A stretch of DNA of 64,000 bases from Podospora anserina (Eukaryota): contig CM030332.1 in NCBI GenBank assembly GCA_017654855.1, positions 7,378,001-7,442,000 of the forward strand. Reading direction: 5' to 3'. A program made the position numbers and the translations under genes. This document shows, piece after piece, positions 36,418 to 47,655 of the stretch; the first letter of the stretch is position 1, and each line of letters starts with the position of its first letter. A model generated the notes under the pieces. The model was not told the origin of the DNA and did not search any database. It was given only the letters and a program-made list of their open reading frames with translations.

Positions 36418-37126
36418 TTTTATGGGAGGCTGGAAGAAAAGGCTTTACTCAGGGGGGGGGGCATATCATTATCTCTTTTGTATTTTGCATTGGCGGCGTT
36501 GGCTGGAGGGTTTGTTTTGTTTGGGTCAAGGGGGTGGGTAATCTTTCATTGGCATATTTTGGCACTGGTACCGGGCGTAGGCACCACGAGCACAGAAACC
36601 AGTCACTGATGGCGCGGGGAAACTTTTTGGTCATCTTTACATTCTCGAAAAGCAGAGCTTTGCTGTTCTCATTTGTCTTCTCTGCTCAACTACTTCGGCG
36701 GGACACTTTAGCAATACCCCTTGCTGCGGACATCTTGGATTCTTTGAGGGACGTCGGCTGGGTGGGTTTTTTTGGGTTTGGGAAAGGATTGTGTATCTAG
36801 GGTGGTGGTTCATATTGTACAAAAGAAGTTTCGAGGAAGAATTGATATCCATCATCGAACATGTGTTGATGAGTAGTCTGTAAATATGATTGTATCCGTG
36901 CATTGACCCCGTTACGTGCTCCATCAACATCAAAAATCGAAGGGCTTGGCATCTCATGGACCTCTCTCATCAACTGCATGTAAATCCCAACGATACCAAC
37001 TCGCAGCCATTCTGCACATAGTAAGTGTTGTTTTGAGGACTCCAGCTGTCGATCTTGAGAGACCAGTCAACTCACACAACAACAGGTCTTTCTTTTCCTT
37101 CATTATCGACTCACAGCCCTCTCACC

Positions 37127-38566
37127 ATGCCCCGGATAAGTCCCCGGGCCGCCGTGAGGGCAGCCTCCAGGGCGACCTCTGAGCTATCTCAGTCCACACC
37201 CAACCCCATAACCCCAATATCAACCATGATCAACCAGCGGGCCATCCCCTCCGATGCCAGCGAAGAGCTCGCGGCATTCAGATCAAAAGCTCCAAAGCCA
37301 AAACCAGAACAACCCCCACCAGTCTCAACCCGTTACCCTCATCAAAAACCACATCGTGGTCATGGACCCGCTTCACAACAACAACAACAAGCACGACCAG
37401 AGAAAGAGCCCATCCCCATCGATTTTACGGGCTTTGTTCCTAGGGATAAATTCGAAATCTCCACCTCGCTCCCCCGATCCTACTTTCTGGGCCATCACAG
37501 CGCCGCCCTCAACAAAATGCGCCAGTCCCTCTCCAACGTGGGCCTCATCCTCGAGCTTCGAGACTTCCGGGTCCCAATCTCCTCTTGGAACCCGGTATTG
37601 GAAGAATCGCTATCCTCCACCTCCGCCGGTGTCCCGAGATCACGGATTATCGTCTATACCAAACGGGACCTCGCCCCCCCAGCGCAAATGACTTCCCACG
37701 GGCGACCGGTGCCGGGCACGCAACCACCGGGGCATGTCGTTCGGGTTTTGAGGACCTTTCACAGGCCGCCGAGGGTGAATAATGTAAAGGACATCATTTT
37801 CTTGGGTATGGGGCCTCATGGAGCGTCTTTGCAGCCGTTGCTGGACGGGATAAGGGATGTCGCACGGGAGATGGACTCCCTCACTGGGCTGAGGGTAATG
37901 GTGGTGGGGATGCCGAACGCGGGCAAGTCCACCCTGCTGAACAGACTCAGGAGTCACAGTCTACATTTGGGCAAGGCGGCCAAGACGGGGGCGCAACCTG
38001 GCGTGACGAGAAAGTTGGGGACGCCGGTTAGGATTCTTCCCGGGGAGGACTCGGGCGATCCGGAGAGCATGGGGCTGGGGGAGGGGGTTTTCATCGTCGA
38101 CACGCCGGGTGTGTTTGTGCCGTACGTTTCTGAGCCGGAGGCCATGTTGAAGCTGGCGCTGGTGGGGTGTGTAAAGGACGGGATCATTCCTGCTGTTACT
38201 GTGGCTGACTACCTCTTGTATCGGTTAAACCTGGTCAGGGAGACGACATACCTGCAAAGGTTTGGGATGGGGAGGCCGACGAATGATGTGCATCAGTTTT
38301 TGAGGGCGGCGGCAAGACGGACGGGGAAGTTGAGGAAGGGAGGAGATGAGAGTATGGAACATGCGGCCGACTGGGTTATTCAGGAGTGGAGGAAGGGGAA
38401 TTTGGGGAGGTTGTTGCTTGACGAGGTGACTCCCAAGAAACTGGAGGAGGCGATGGAGCTGGCGAGGGAGCCGAGTCTGAGTATGAACCAGGCGAGGAAG
38501 AGGGAGAAGGTGGCGAGGAAGGAGAGGAATGAGGCTAAGAGGGCTGGGGGTGGGGAAAGTGCTTGA
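37127..38566 (+). CDS. MTG1: Mitochondrial ribosome-assembly GTPase 1 (RbgA/YlqF family)
   Basis: Circularly permuted GTPase order: YFLGHH, ILELRDFRVPISS, YTKRD (G4), VVGMPNAGKSTLLN (G1), GAQPGVTR (G2), DTPG (G3). Arg-rich presequence. Confidence 0.92.
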   Translation: MPRISPRAAVRAASRATSELSQSTPNPITPISTMINQRAIPSDASEELAAFRSKAPKPKPEQPPPVSTRYPHQKPHRGHGPASQQQQQARPEKEPIPIDFTGFVPRDKFEISTSLPRSYFLGHHSAALNKMRQSLSNVGLILELRDFRVPISSWNPVLEESLSSTSAGVPRSRIIVYTKRDLAPPAQMTSHGRPVPGTQPPGHVVRVLRTFHRPPRVNNVKDIIFLGMGPHGASLQPLLDGIRDVAREMDSLTGLRVMVVGMPNAGKSTLLNRLRSHSLHLGKAAKTGAQPGVTRKLGTPVRILPGEDSGDPESMGLGEGVFIVDTPGVFVPYVSEPEAMLKLALVGCVKDGIIPAVTVADYLLYRLNLVRETTYLQRFGMGRPTNDVHQFLRAAARRTGKLRKGGDESMEHAADWVIQEWRKGNLGRLLLDEVTPKKLEEAMELAREPSLSMNQARKREKVARKERNEAKRAGGGESA

Positions 38567-38841
38567 GGGGTGTGTAGAACGATGAGTTATTGTACGTTTT
38601 TGTATACTAGGTGATTGAGTTTCCAATACGGGAACATGCAAAACGATTCTTCGCGTGAAAAGATAATGTCCAAAGTGACGTTCCCATATGCGGTTTATTT
38701 ATGCCTCTCTCTATATGCAGCCCACCATACGATCTATCATACACACCACCGTTCCTCGTCACTTTCTTTGTACATTGACCCTCAGTAGAGAGATGCAGTT
38801 GCTTTTATACACATAACAGATTTCCTTCCATCACCCACTCC

Positions 38842-41800
38842 TTATTTTTCCCCGGCCCCCACCCAGTCTCCAAACCACTTCACCCCCTCCTTCTTCACCT
38901 CCCCATCCTCCCCAACCAGCGCCTCTCCCCTCGCAAACTTCCCCACCGCCTCGAGATACTCCCTTGTCAACTCTTCCACGCTCTTCTCCTTGACCTCCGG
39001 CTTCTCAGCCGGCTCAGCCATAACCAGAGCCTCATCGATGGCCTCCACCAAATCAGCCCCCTCCCCAATCTCCCCCATAACCTCCTCCGCTGCCAGGAAC
39101 CTTTCTTCTTCCTGCTCGGCTACCCCCTCTTCCACAACCCCCTCCTTGGCAGCCTCAACAGGCACCGCATCCAACGCAACCTCACTCCTCACCCCCCTCC
39201 GAAACCCCCCGCTAACATGCGTATACCGCATCCTAAAACCCCCCCACTCACTCATGATCATCCGATGGATCTCCAGTCCCGCAAACATGTAATCCATCTC
39301 CACCTCCCCTTCCTCCGCTTCCTCCCCTTCCTTCCCAGCAAACAATCTCCTCGGCAACCTCAACCCATCCAAACTCGCCGGTGTCGCCAGCTTCTCCTCC
39401 CACGGCTTAAGCGTGCTGTCCCTGAGGAACTCAAACATCGGCTCGGCGTGCTCCTTGATCCCTGTCCCCGGGAGATCATAGTACTTTGTCTGATGAAGCC
39501 TCACGTCAGAGGGTGATTCGGGGAGGGGGAGGTCGGCGTCGTGGTCGTTGATCACCGCGCGGAGGTCCTTGAGTTCTTTGATCTCGCGGTGGTCCGACTC
39601 GATGCGAACTTCCAAGTTGGGGGCCGAAGAGATGAGGGATGGGTCGGTGTCAGGGGCGGGGATGAACCGGAGGACTGTGATCATGTGCCAGAGCCCGGGG
39701 TTTTTGAGGTTGGATTCGAGAGACAGGAAACGGACACAGGGCAGGACAGGGGCGAATGTTCGAGGGAGATCGGGAGCCGGAGGGGCGGTGGTTGAGGGGG
39801 AGACGTAGGAGAAGAGGACATGGCCAAAAACAGCGGTGGTGTCGGTTTTGGGGTGGAGGGACCAGCCGGGGGAGTAGTCGGCTTTGTTGACGGGGAGGGC
39901 TTCGGTGCGGTCTTTGAATTCGACGGGGTGGGTGACGATGGAGGTGGGGATTGGGTTTTTGGTGGATGAGGTTGTTGTCGTTTGGTCGGGGGGGGAAACA
40001 TCCTCATCGTTGGTTGCTCGTGTTGATTTTGGTGGGACCTTGTTCGTGGCGGCTGTCCATCTGGCCCAAGACTTGCTACGCTCGTGCCAGGGGAGCTTGG
40101 GACCGCAGTCCACCTCGGGAACAAAGCGAGCCTTGGAGGAAGCCTCGGGGGTTTCAACCAGAGACCGAGAAGCACGAGGGTCCTCACGGTAGGCGTAGCT
40201 CAACAGACGGAGCACCTGCTCGCCGTGGTCTTCGGTGACTGCGTCTCGTCCAGGCAGCTGAATCCAGGTGACGAGGATCTTGTCGCCGGACGGGCTACGA
40301 CGAATAATGCTGTTTGTCATGGTTTCGACCTGATTCAAAACCGCCGGCTCGATCGCCAGAGGCCCTGGGGTGATGAAGCTGGCGTTGAACTGAACTGTTT
40401 TCATGTGGGACAGCAGCTGGTTGAGACGGTCGAGAATCAAGTCAGCAGTGTGTTTGGGTGCGGTGATCGAAAGGTATTGCGAGCTGGGGAACATCTCAAT
40501 CTGCTTTCCGTTTTTCAACAGGGTGCGCGAGATATCTCTTAACCACCTCTTGCCACCAAGGGTCAGCATGTCAAACTCGGCCTTTCGCAGCTTCACATCC
40601 AAGTAGCCTTGTCCCTCGAGAACACTGCTGCACGACAGATCCCAGCACATGCGCATCAAACGCACCACCAGCTTCTCTTTGGGAGGAGCCCCTTGGGAAA
40701 CGTAACCCCAAAGCTTTCCATCCAGATCTGGCGTGGTGTTTTCAGCGGCCGCAACCCATGGGCGGATCTCCAAAATCCAGGGAGGGACTGTCGTGTTGGC
40801 ATCTCCCGGATCTTTGAATTGGCGGGCCGAGTTCCACGTCTCAACATATGCGTTGAGTTGGGGAACCGTGAAACCTTGCATGAGAGTATCCTTGAGCGTG
40901 ACAAATTCCTCCTCGCTCAGCACCCGCTCGTCTGCCGGTCGCAGCTCGTGAATGTTGAGCAGTATTTCCTCCGAGGTGAGACTACCAGCGCCCCCTTCAA
41001 GCAGATTCTGCAACATAGCCGACGTCTGCCCCAGCTCTAGATCTTCGCCTCCCGTGGTGAGTTTTTCCAGTCGCCTAAGGGGCTTTTTTCGAAGCACGAT
41101 TGCAGTCGCTGGCTTGCCCAGCATATCCAACCCCAGGTTCTCCCTTTCAGCTTCGACTAGTTGCCCCTTGGACTTCCAGCTTTTCGAGTCTTTCGAGTCT
41201 TTGAATTGAGGAAAGGGCCAGTACATGCTCTTGTTTGCGGCATGTTCGCCCGATCTTCTGGATCTGTCCCTCCGCGCGGGTGGGTGCTCGCTCCATGCGG
41301 GTGGGTTCTCTGGACTTTCGAAACCGCCATCACTTTGGTCTTCTACCAGGCCCTCACTCCAAAGCCGTTGGCCATACTCCTCGATTTCCCGCGCAATATC
41401 CTGCTGGATTTCCTGCTGGATTTTCTCTCCGCTAGCCTCTGGGCTTCTCTTTTGTTCCTCCTCGGCAGCTTCCAGTTCCCATGGGGCTGGCTCGAGGATC
41501 CTCTGAATTCTTTTCCTCTTCTTGACTTCTGTCACCTCGACTTCGAAGAAATTTTCCGTCGTGATCTCGGGTTCGTCTTCAGAGTTCGGTTTCGACCCGG
41601 ACGAAGAACCAGCAGCGTAGCATCGTGAATGCGATCGTTGACGCGAAAGCGGCAAAACGGTATGCCTGGACAGCGCGGGGAGCGAAGAAACAGGTCGACT
41701 TCCAAAGTATCTCGACGATCGGTTTGCGACTCTTGCGCCGGTGCCCGAAGCTGACAGAAAACCTGAACCTGCAGCGCCTGCCAACTGGAGCCGGCACCTC

Positions 41801-41844
41801 AAGCAAACAAAGCTGGCGCTGCCAGTCACCGGTCGCCTGAGCAT
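38842..41844 (-). CDS. SLS1: Mitochondrial inner-membrane regulator of gene expression, SLS1-like (~1000 aa)
   Basis: Intronless ORF beginning with a fungal mitochondrial presequence MLRRPV...FVCLRCRLQL. Segments LDMLGKPATAIVL, NIHELRP, LMQGFTVPQLNAY and KEKLVVRLMRMCWDL resemble fungal SLS-domain proteins (recognised from memory). Confidence 0.7.
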   Translation of the reverse strand: MLRRPVTGSASFVCLRCRLQLAGAAGSGFLSASGTGARVANRSSRYFGSRPVSSLPALSRHTVLPLSRQRSHSRCYAAGSSSGSKPNSEDEPEITTENFFEVEVTEVKKRKRIQRILEPAPWELEAAEEEQKRSPEASGEKIQQEIQQDIAREIEEYGQRLWSEGLVEDQSDGGFESPENPPAWSEHPPARRDRSRRSGEHAANKSMYWPFPQFKDSKDSKSWKSKGQLVEAERENLGLDMLGKPATAIVLRKKPLRRLEKLTTGGEDLELGQTSAMLQNLLEGGAGSLTSEEILLNIHELRPADERVLSEEEFVTLKDTLMQGFTVPQLNAYVETWNSARQFKDPGDANTTVPPWILEIRPWVAAAENTTPDLDGKLWGYVSQGAPPKEKLVVRLMRMCWDLSCSSVLEGQGYLDVKLRKAEFDMLTLGGKRWLRDISRTLLKNGKQIEMFPSSQYLSITAPKHTADLILDRLNQLLSHMKTVQFNASFITPGPLAIEPAVLNQVETMTNSIIRRSPSGDKILVTWIQLPGRDAVTEDHGEQVLRLLSYAYREDPRASRSLVETPEASSKARFVPEVDCGPKLPWHERSKSWARWTAATNKVPPKSTRATNDEDVSPPDQTTTTSSTKNPIPTSIVTHPVEFKDRTEALPVNKADYSPGWSLHPKTDTTAVFGHVLFSYVSPSTTAPPAPDLPRTFAPVLPCVRFLSLESNLKNPGLWHMITVLRFIPAPDTDPSLISSAPNLEVRIESDHREIKELKDLRAVINDHDADLPLPESPSDVRLHQTKYYDLPGTGIKEHAEPMFEFLRDSTLKPWEEKLATPASLDGLRLPRRLFAGKEGEEAEEGEVEMDYMFAGLEIHRMIMSEWGGFRMRYTHVSGGFRRGVRSEVALDAVPVEAAKEGVVEEGVAEQEEERFLAAEEVMGEIGEGADLVEAIDEALVMAEPAEKPEVKEKSVEELTREYLEAVGKFARGEALVGEDGEVKKEGVKWFGDWVGAGEK

Positions 41845-42330
41845 TTGATTTGGTGCTTTCCTTTTTCCTTGAACTTGAAACCCAATGAAAGAAATATCAC
41901 CGCCAAGAGTCCGTTTCTTTTGCCGTATGTCGAAAAAATTCAAGATGTCGCTTTCACCAAGCCCAGTCGCAACGTCTGCGACGACGAGCACCTTGCAGAT
42001 TGAATATTTTAGGTGGGTCCTTCACAACGTCCCCCAACCCACTTTCCAACTTCCCGGCAGGCAAAAACCCCAAAAAAAACCCCCCCAAAAAATGGCACAT
42101 GGGGTCACGTAACGTAACAGCTGGCGTTTGACGCGCCAAGAATCAATTAAACTATGTTGGACGCGTTTTCCTTTTCCCCCCACCATTTCATTTCATCAAC
42201 CCCAGAGTCACTGTCTGACATCATCGTCGATACGAACACCCTCTTTGTTAGCCGCCATCAACCAACCGACAGTCTCATGTATGCCAGTTCCACCGCCCTT
42301 CGATGCTGGGACGAGTATATACTTGAGAGA

Positions 42331-43413
42331 ATGCCCAGACTCCAGCAGAGCCGCCGCCAACGGCCGGTCGATGAGGATGAAGATGTCGACATGCATGAGC
42401 CACAAGATGATCAATACGCCTCAGATGGTGCTGCCGATGAAACGATGAATGGTCCTCCAAACGAGGAGCTCAGCCAGTTGATAAAAGGATTGGTCCGGTA
42501 TGCCATCGCATGTGATTTCTCACGGACCCCCATTCGGAGAGACGCCATTAGGGAGAAAGGTTTGTGTCTTTTTTTTTTCTTTTTCTTTTTTCTTTTCTTT
42601 CTCCCCCTCTCATGATACCATATATACTAACCCCCTCCCTCCTTAGTTCTCGGTACAAATGGCCGGCAGTTCAAAACAGCATTTGCCGGAGCTCAGAAAC
42701 AGCTCCGAGCAGTTTTTGGCATGGAAATGGTGGAGCTTCCAGCTAGGGATAAGAATCTCATGACCACCGAGCAGAAGCGGAAAGCCGCCAAAAGCCAGTC
42801 CCAAAAGGAAGCCACATCGAATGCCTACATTCTTACCAACATCCTGCCAGAAGAGCTTCGAACCCCCGCTCTCACCCGGCCCTCAAAGGTCGTGTCCGCC
42901 GAAGGTGAAGCAGCGTACACGGCCCTGTACACCACGATCATCTCGCTCATCACCATCTCGGGAGGCGAGCTCAGTGATACCCGCCTCAGGAGGCATCTGG
43001 CCCGGCTCAACGCCGCCGAGTATATGCCCAGCATGAACCCAAACGACCCTGCTAACCCCACGGAGAAGACCGACGTTGTGCTACAGAGGATGATCAAACA
43101 TGGGTATCTGGTCAGGATGGTGGATAACAGGGGCAACGGCGACGACGACTCTACTACGTGGCATGTTGGACCAAGAGGGAAGGCAGAGGTGCCCAAGGAG
43201 TCAATTGCGGGCTTTGTCAGGACCATCTACGGTGGCTCGGACCCAGAGTTGGAGTCAAAGATTCAGATTAGCTTAAAGGGCGTCAAGGAGAGGAAACCGG
43301 AGATACATGAGCAGGAGCAGGAGCAGGGACTGGGTGATGAAGATGAGGTCCAGGATGATGAAGAGATGCAAGAGGCCGGACCGAGTAATGGGCAGAGAAG
43401 GAGGCATGCGTAA
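42331..43413 (+). CDS. NSE3: MAGE-family Smc5/6 non-SMC subunit Nse3
   Basis: Exons 42331-42559 (start uncertain; an in-frame ATG lies further upstream) and 42647-43413. Motifs LIKGLVRYAIACDFSRTPIRRDAIREKVL, FAGAQKQLRAVFGMEMVELP, SNAYILTN and WHVGPRGKAEV. Confidence 0.88.
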
Positions 43414-43749
43414 CAAGGAAGGGACGCGCATACCATGGGATCAAGGTGTTTTGGCGTCTAAAGGGGTATCATTGTGGAATTCGTTCTATGGGTATTTGCG
43501 ATCGTCTGGGATTGGCCAGGAGGCCGTACTGTTATCACTTGCAGCGATGATACTGGGAACTGCCAGGGGGCGAGCATCCTCCCAGGTGTTGCATCAGCCA
43601 CCATGAGTGTGTTGGAAAAGAGATGGGCTACTTTGGTTGGCCTGATTGATCACCCCCAACTTGCCCGTTCCTGTGGTGTTTACTCCGTCGTCATGTCGTG
43701 AAATGTGCAAATGTGCAAATGCGATATGAGAGAGGCTGTCATCCCTCAT

Positions 43750-44158
43750 TCAGCTTTGTTGTCCACCCATGATCGTATCCTCTTCTCTCGCTGGTGGTGG
43801 TCCGGCGGGCTGTATCATTTTCTGTTTTTAGACATGTCAGCACATGCTCTGCTTTTTCAGTGCAACGGGATACTGACTCTGATCATCTCGGCGCGCACTT
43901 TGGTAACAGGCTCATTCGATGCCAGCGCAATATATGACAGGAGGGGGGGGTGGCCGACGATGCTGGAGTAGGTGTCGCGGTTGATGTTTGTCTTCCACTC
44001 CCAACTCGTCGTGTCTGGGTGCCCAGTGCCGATGTACTTGGCCTGCAGCCGCTCGAGCTCTTGTTGGGTACGAAGTTTGTCGGCCTAGCGTGAAGCGAAG
44101 TTTCGTTAGCGGCTGCATCTTGAGGGACTTGATATTTTGGGGGGTTAAAACTTGCCAT
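43750..44158 (-). CDS. YSF3: Splicing factor 3B subunit 5 (SF3b10/Ysf3), 93 aa; absent from the ORF track
   Basis: Exons 44158-44156 (ATG only), 44084-43878 and 43821-43750 give MADKLRTQQELERLQAKYIGTGHPDTTSWEWKTNINRDTYSSIVGHPPLLSYIALASNEPVTKVRAEMIRKMIQPAGPPPAREED... This has the SF3B5 hallmarks (LQAKYIGTGHPDT, RDTYSS.VGH, KMIQP.GPPP). Confidence 0.93.
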
Positions 44159-44578
44159 ATTTGCGCACTTTGTTGTGGTGTTGCTGCTTTGCTGGATGAC
44201 TTCGAGTTATGAATATTGCGCAAAAGAAAGAAACGGAATGCGCTGCGCTTGAGCCGTTGTGACCTTTGCGCAGCAGCGGGCCTGCCAAGACGAGCCAAGT
44301 TCTGGAATGCGCAGGGGCAGGTCCCACGGCAGGCTTGGCATTTCAAGCTCGGTGGGGAACATGCTCTCTGCAGGACCCCATCTCACCTCAAGGTCACTTT
44401 GAGGAAGCACTCTCACCTTCAACTCACCCAGACCAGGCGCATCATTCTGTCTCAGTCAATCAATTACACCATCAGTGTTACACGTACACATCCATCCAGA
44501 GGGATCATCCGAACTATCGAATCATTACCACGTCTCGTCGGGATTGGGGTTCCCAACCCCCCCCTTCTTTACTGCACC

Positions 44579-46094
44579 ATGACGGCCATCCTCCTCCAAT
44601 GTGCCCTCGCCGCTGCACAAGACGCTCGTTTCGACTCGGAGGCTTCTGCAATACAACAAAATCATAGGGCGACTCACGGCGACGACCCTTTAATAGCCTG
44701 TTCGTCCTGCTACGGCAGCCTCTTGGACCTCTACAAGGCCAGGTATTTCAACTGTCCTCCGGCAGACTTGCTGAAAGACCCGTCACTCTCATCCCAAGGC
44801 GAATGGTTCACATCCGCCCCCCCATCTTTTCTTGAAAAGCTGGCAGATCTTATCGAAAAGGCAAAGCAGTATCAGATCCATCCAGGCCTTCTTGACGAAC
44901 ATGTAAAGAAACAAAAAGAGCGATGGTATGCCGACAGCCTGACGACGCTGAGATTGAGATCCATGGGGCAAGACGAGGACAAGGCAGCCATCGCCGAACA
45001 ACTAGAAAGGTTCACCGCAGGATCGGCACCAATCGAGGAGCTCATGACTGCTGTATCGACATCGTTGAAGAAGTTGTCAGGCAGCGAAAATCCGCCAATA
45101 GATGATTTGTCCAAAAGACTTCTTGCAGCCACAAATCACACTGAGAGGATAGAGGTGCTCAAGGAAGCCCTCTTTGCGACACCATCACAACCGACTGACG
45201 GTAGCCCGAGTGGCGAGGTGCCCGAGGTCCACGCAAAATACTACAACATGCTCGCACAAGAGAATGCCAGCATGGAGCAAGTCAAGGACGCAATCTTGAG
45301 TGATCACCAAAGATTGTCTAGCGCCCAGGACGAGATCAAAAAGGTCGAGGCAAGGCTGGCGGAGCTGAGGAGAGGGCAGGCTGCCTACGAGCTGGAGAAG
45401 GCCAAAAAGGCAGAAAACAAGAAACGGCTTGCCGAGCAGCAGAGGAGCGTGATACCTGACGGGCTGACGAACTTGCCACCATGCTCGGTGTGCCGGAATC
45501 CCGTCAACCCTTCGAGCTTCAGACTTTGCACCGTCTGCGCGCTCCTTTCTGGGTACGAGCTCGAGGGCGCAGAGATGACTGTCTATTGTGGCTTTGAGTG
45601 CGAACACGAAGGATATGTAAGTCTGCCTTTTCCCCCTGGCTGTCTGCTCTCGTCTTGGAAGATACTGATGCTGTTTTCCCCATCAGAGAAATCATCTCAA
45701 GGCTCACAGTTGTTCCGCCGGTCCTACATGTGTTCACGCTCGTGTGGACTCATCCGGGGGGCGGCAGATGCCAAACAACAACCATGCGGCACATGACGAA
45801 GACACTAAGATGTCGGACGTTCTTGCCACTCCGGCAGACGTCCGATTCTGCAAGGAATGTGTTGTCAATCTGAAGAAGCCCACAGCGTGGTGTTCTCCGG
45901 CCTGCGTTCGTGCTCACTATGCGCAACATCATGGGAAAGTCCACGTCGGAGGAGCCGCCGACGGCGATGATCGGATGGATACCAATGGGGGGCTGGAAGG
46001 CGTTGATTTCGACAGCCAGCATTACACCATTTCTCTGGCGGACGCGGTTAAGGAATGGGAAGCCAGGAATGGGGGGGTGCGGTTGGAAGAGTAA
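44579..46094 (+). CDS. Coiled-coil protein with MYND-like zinc-finger motifs
   Basis: Exons 44579-45616 and 45687-46094. N-terminal H...CSSCY, a central coiled coil, then CSVC...CTVC...YCGFECEHEGYRNHLKAH and FCKEC...WCSPACVRAHYAQHHGKVH. Confidence 0.8.
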
Positions 46095-46600
46095 GGCTCT
46101 CCCGGAAGATGAGAAGGAGACGGTTTGCTTGTGAAAAGATTTGCGTGGCGGGTATGGCCCTTGGGGGAAATGGGGCAGAGAATAAAAATCACGTTTGTGA
46201 TTATCTGTATGGATGGAATTCGAATTTTTATTCATTGTTGATTTTTTTGGAGAATTTTTTTTTTTTGGAAAGGGAAGATCAGGAAGGGAATAGGGAATTA
46301 GTTGAGCTGTGGGGAAGACCAGCAGGGTGACAAACATGCAGATCAAGAGACGGCGAAGGATGTTCAAGCCGGCACGGAGATGAGGCTGGTAAAGACACTG
46401 TGAAGCGGATGGAGAAAATAAATAGTACACACTGGAAATCGATGGGGTATGTGCTTGGCGAGAGGTTGAAGAGACGCGGGTGTTGTTGATGCGGCATACT
46501 GTTGGATGGAAATAATGGCAGTGTAAAACAAGTTAATATAAGATGGCATCCCGAAGCAACGTCTTCAACAAGCTTCGAAAGATAGTTGAGTGGGCGTTTT

Positions 46601-46790
46601 AAAAAATTAAAAAATTAAAAATTAAAAATAAAAAGATAACACTAAAAAAATAAAATAAAATAAAATTAAAAAAAATAAAGTAAAAAAATTAAAATAAAAA
46701 GATATAGTAAAAAAAAGAATATAGTTAAAAAAATAAAACAAAAAAATATAGTAAAAAAATAAAAATAAAAAAATGATAAAAAAAATGATC
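46601..46790. repeat. Strand-asymmetric A-rich low-complexity tract
   Basis: About 190 nt of A-runs broken mostly by single T, with very few C or G, between convergent genes. Confidence 0.9.
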
Positions 46791-47655
46791 AAGAAGCCTA
46801 TCCCTGGTTTAAAAAAGGCGTGAGTTGATTGTTGGTAACACATGTTTTGATTGAAACCAGGATACCGGTACAAGATGAGCCTCTCGGGACATACGAGGGG
46901 TTGCAGTGAAAGGCAATGGACACATCAAGAATGGCGATCAGTGTTGGACTGGTGTGCTGGTGGTTCTCAGGCTCGGAAGACATGAAATTGTCCGAGGTTG
47001 CAAGCAAAGAGTTTTTCCACACAAATGCGTCTTTCAGTTTCCATCCCTCGCTATGACTATCAAGTATGCTCGCTGTTGCTGTCGCCCGCCCCTTTCCCCG
47101 ACCATCTCACCGCACTCATGCCCTCCCTTCACTCGTCCATCCTCCCCTTTTCCGCTGACTTCTTGATTACCTAACCTACAATAAATAGTACACAAAAAAC
47201 CCTCTTGACAAAACACCGAGAGTGACAACAGAAAGAAAGCGATGCTAAGCTCTCTGTCCCTGTCATGATACAAATACTATAACAAGAAAAAATGTCTGGC
47301 GAAGCTTGCCACCGAACAATCCAGAGCACCCGAGGGTGGGCGTAGAAATATAAAATAAAAAAACAACCGAGAACCGACAGGAAAATGATCCTATATACTG
47401 GGCTTGTTCACCACCGAAGTTTGAGGGTAGTACTGTACTTTTTCGTCGTCCAATAAAAGACAAATCCCTTTTTTTTGCCCCTTTGTTGACAGAAACTCGA
47501 AAGAAAAACGCAAGAATTTTGCTCTGGTGGATGGTTTGTTGTGTTGTATAAAAGTTCACACTCATTGTTGTGAAACTTCTGGGTATCATAAACACCTCCA
47601 CTTTCCCCCCCCCCAACTCTTCCTTTCTTCCTTTTTGGATTGGTTACCGCCCTGC

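Noticed and set aside
43883-44158. 91-aa ORF MASFNPPKYQ... in the ORF track
   Set aside because: It is the unspliced, out-of-frame reading of YSF3, not an independent gene.
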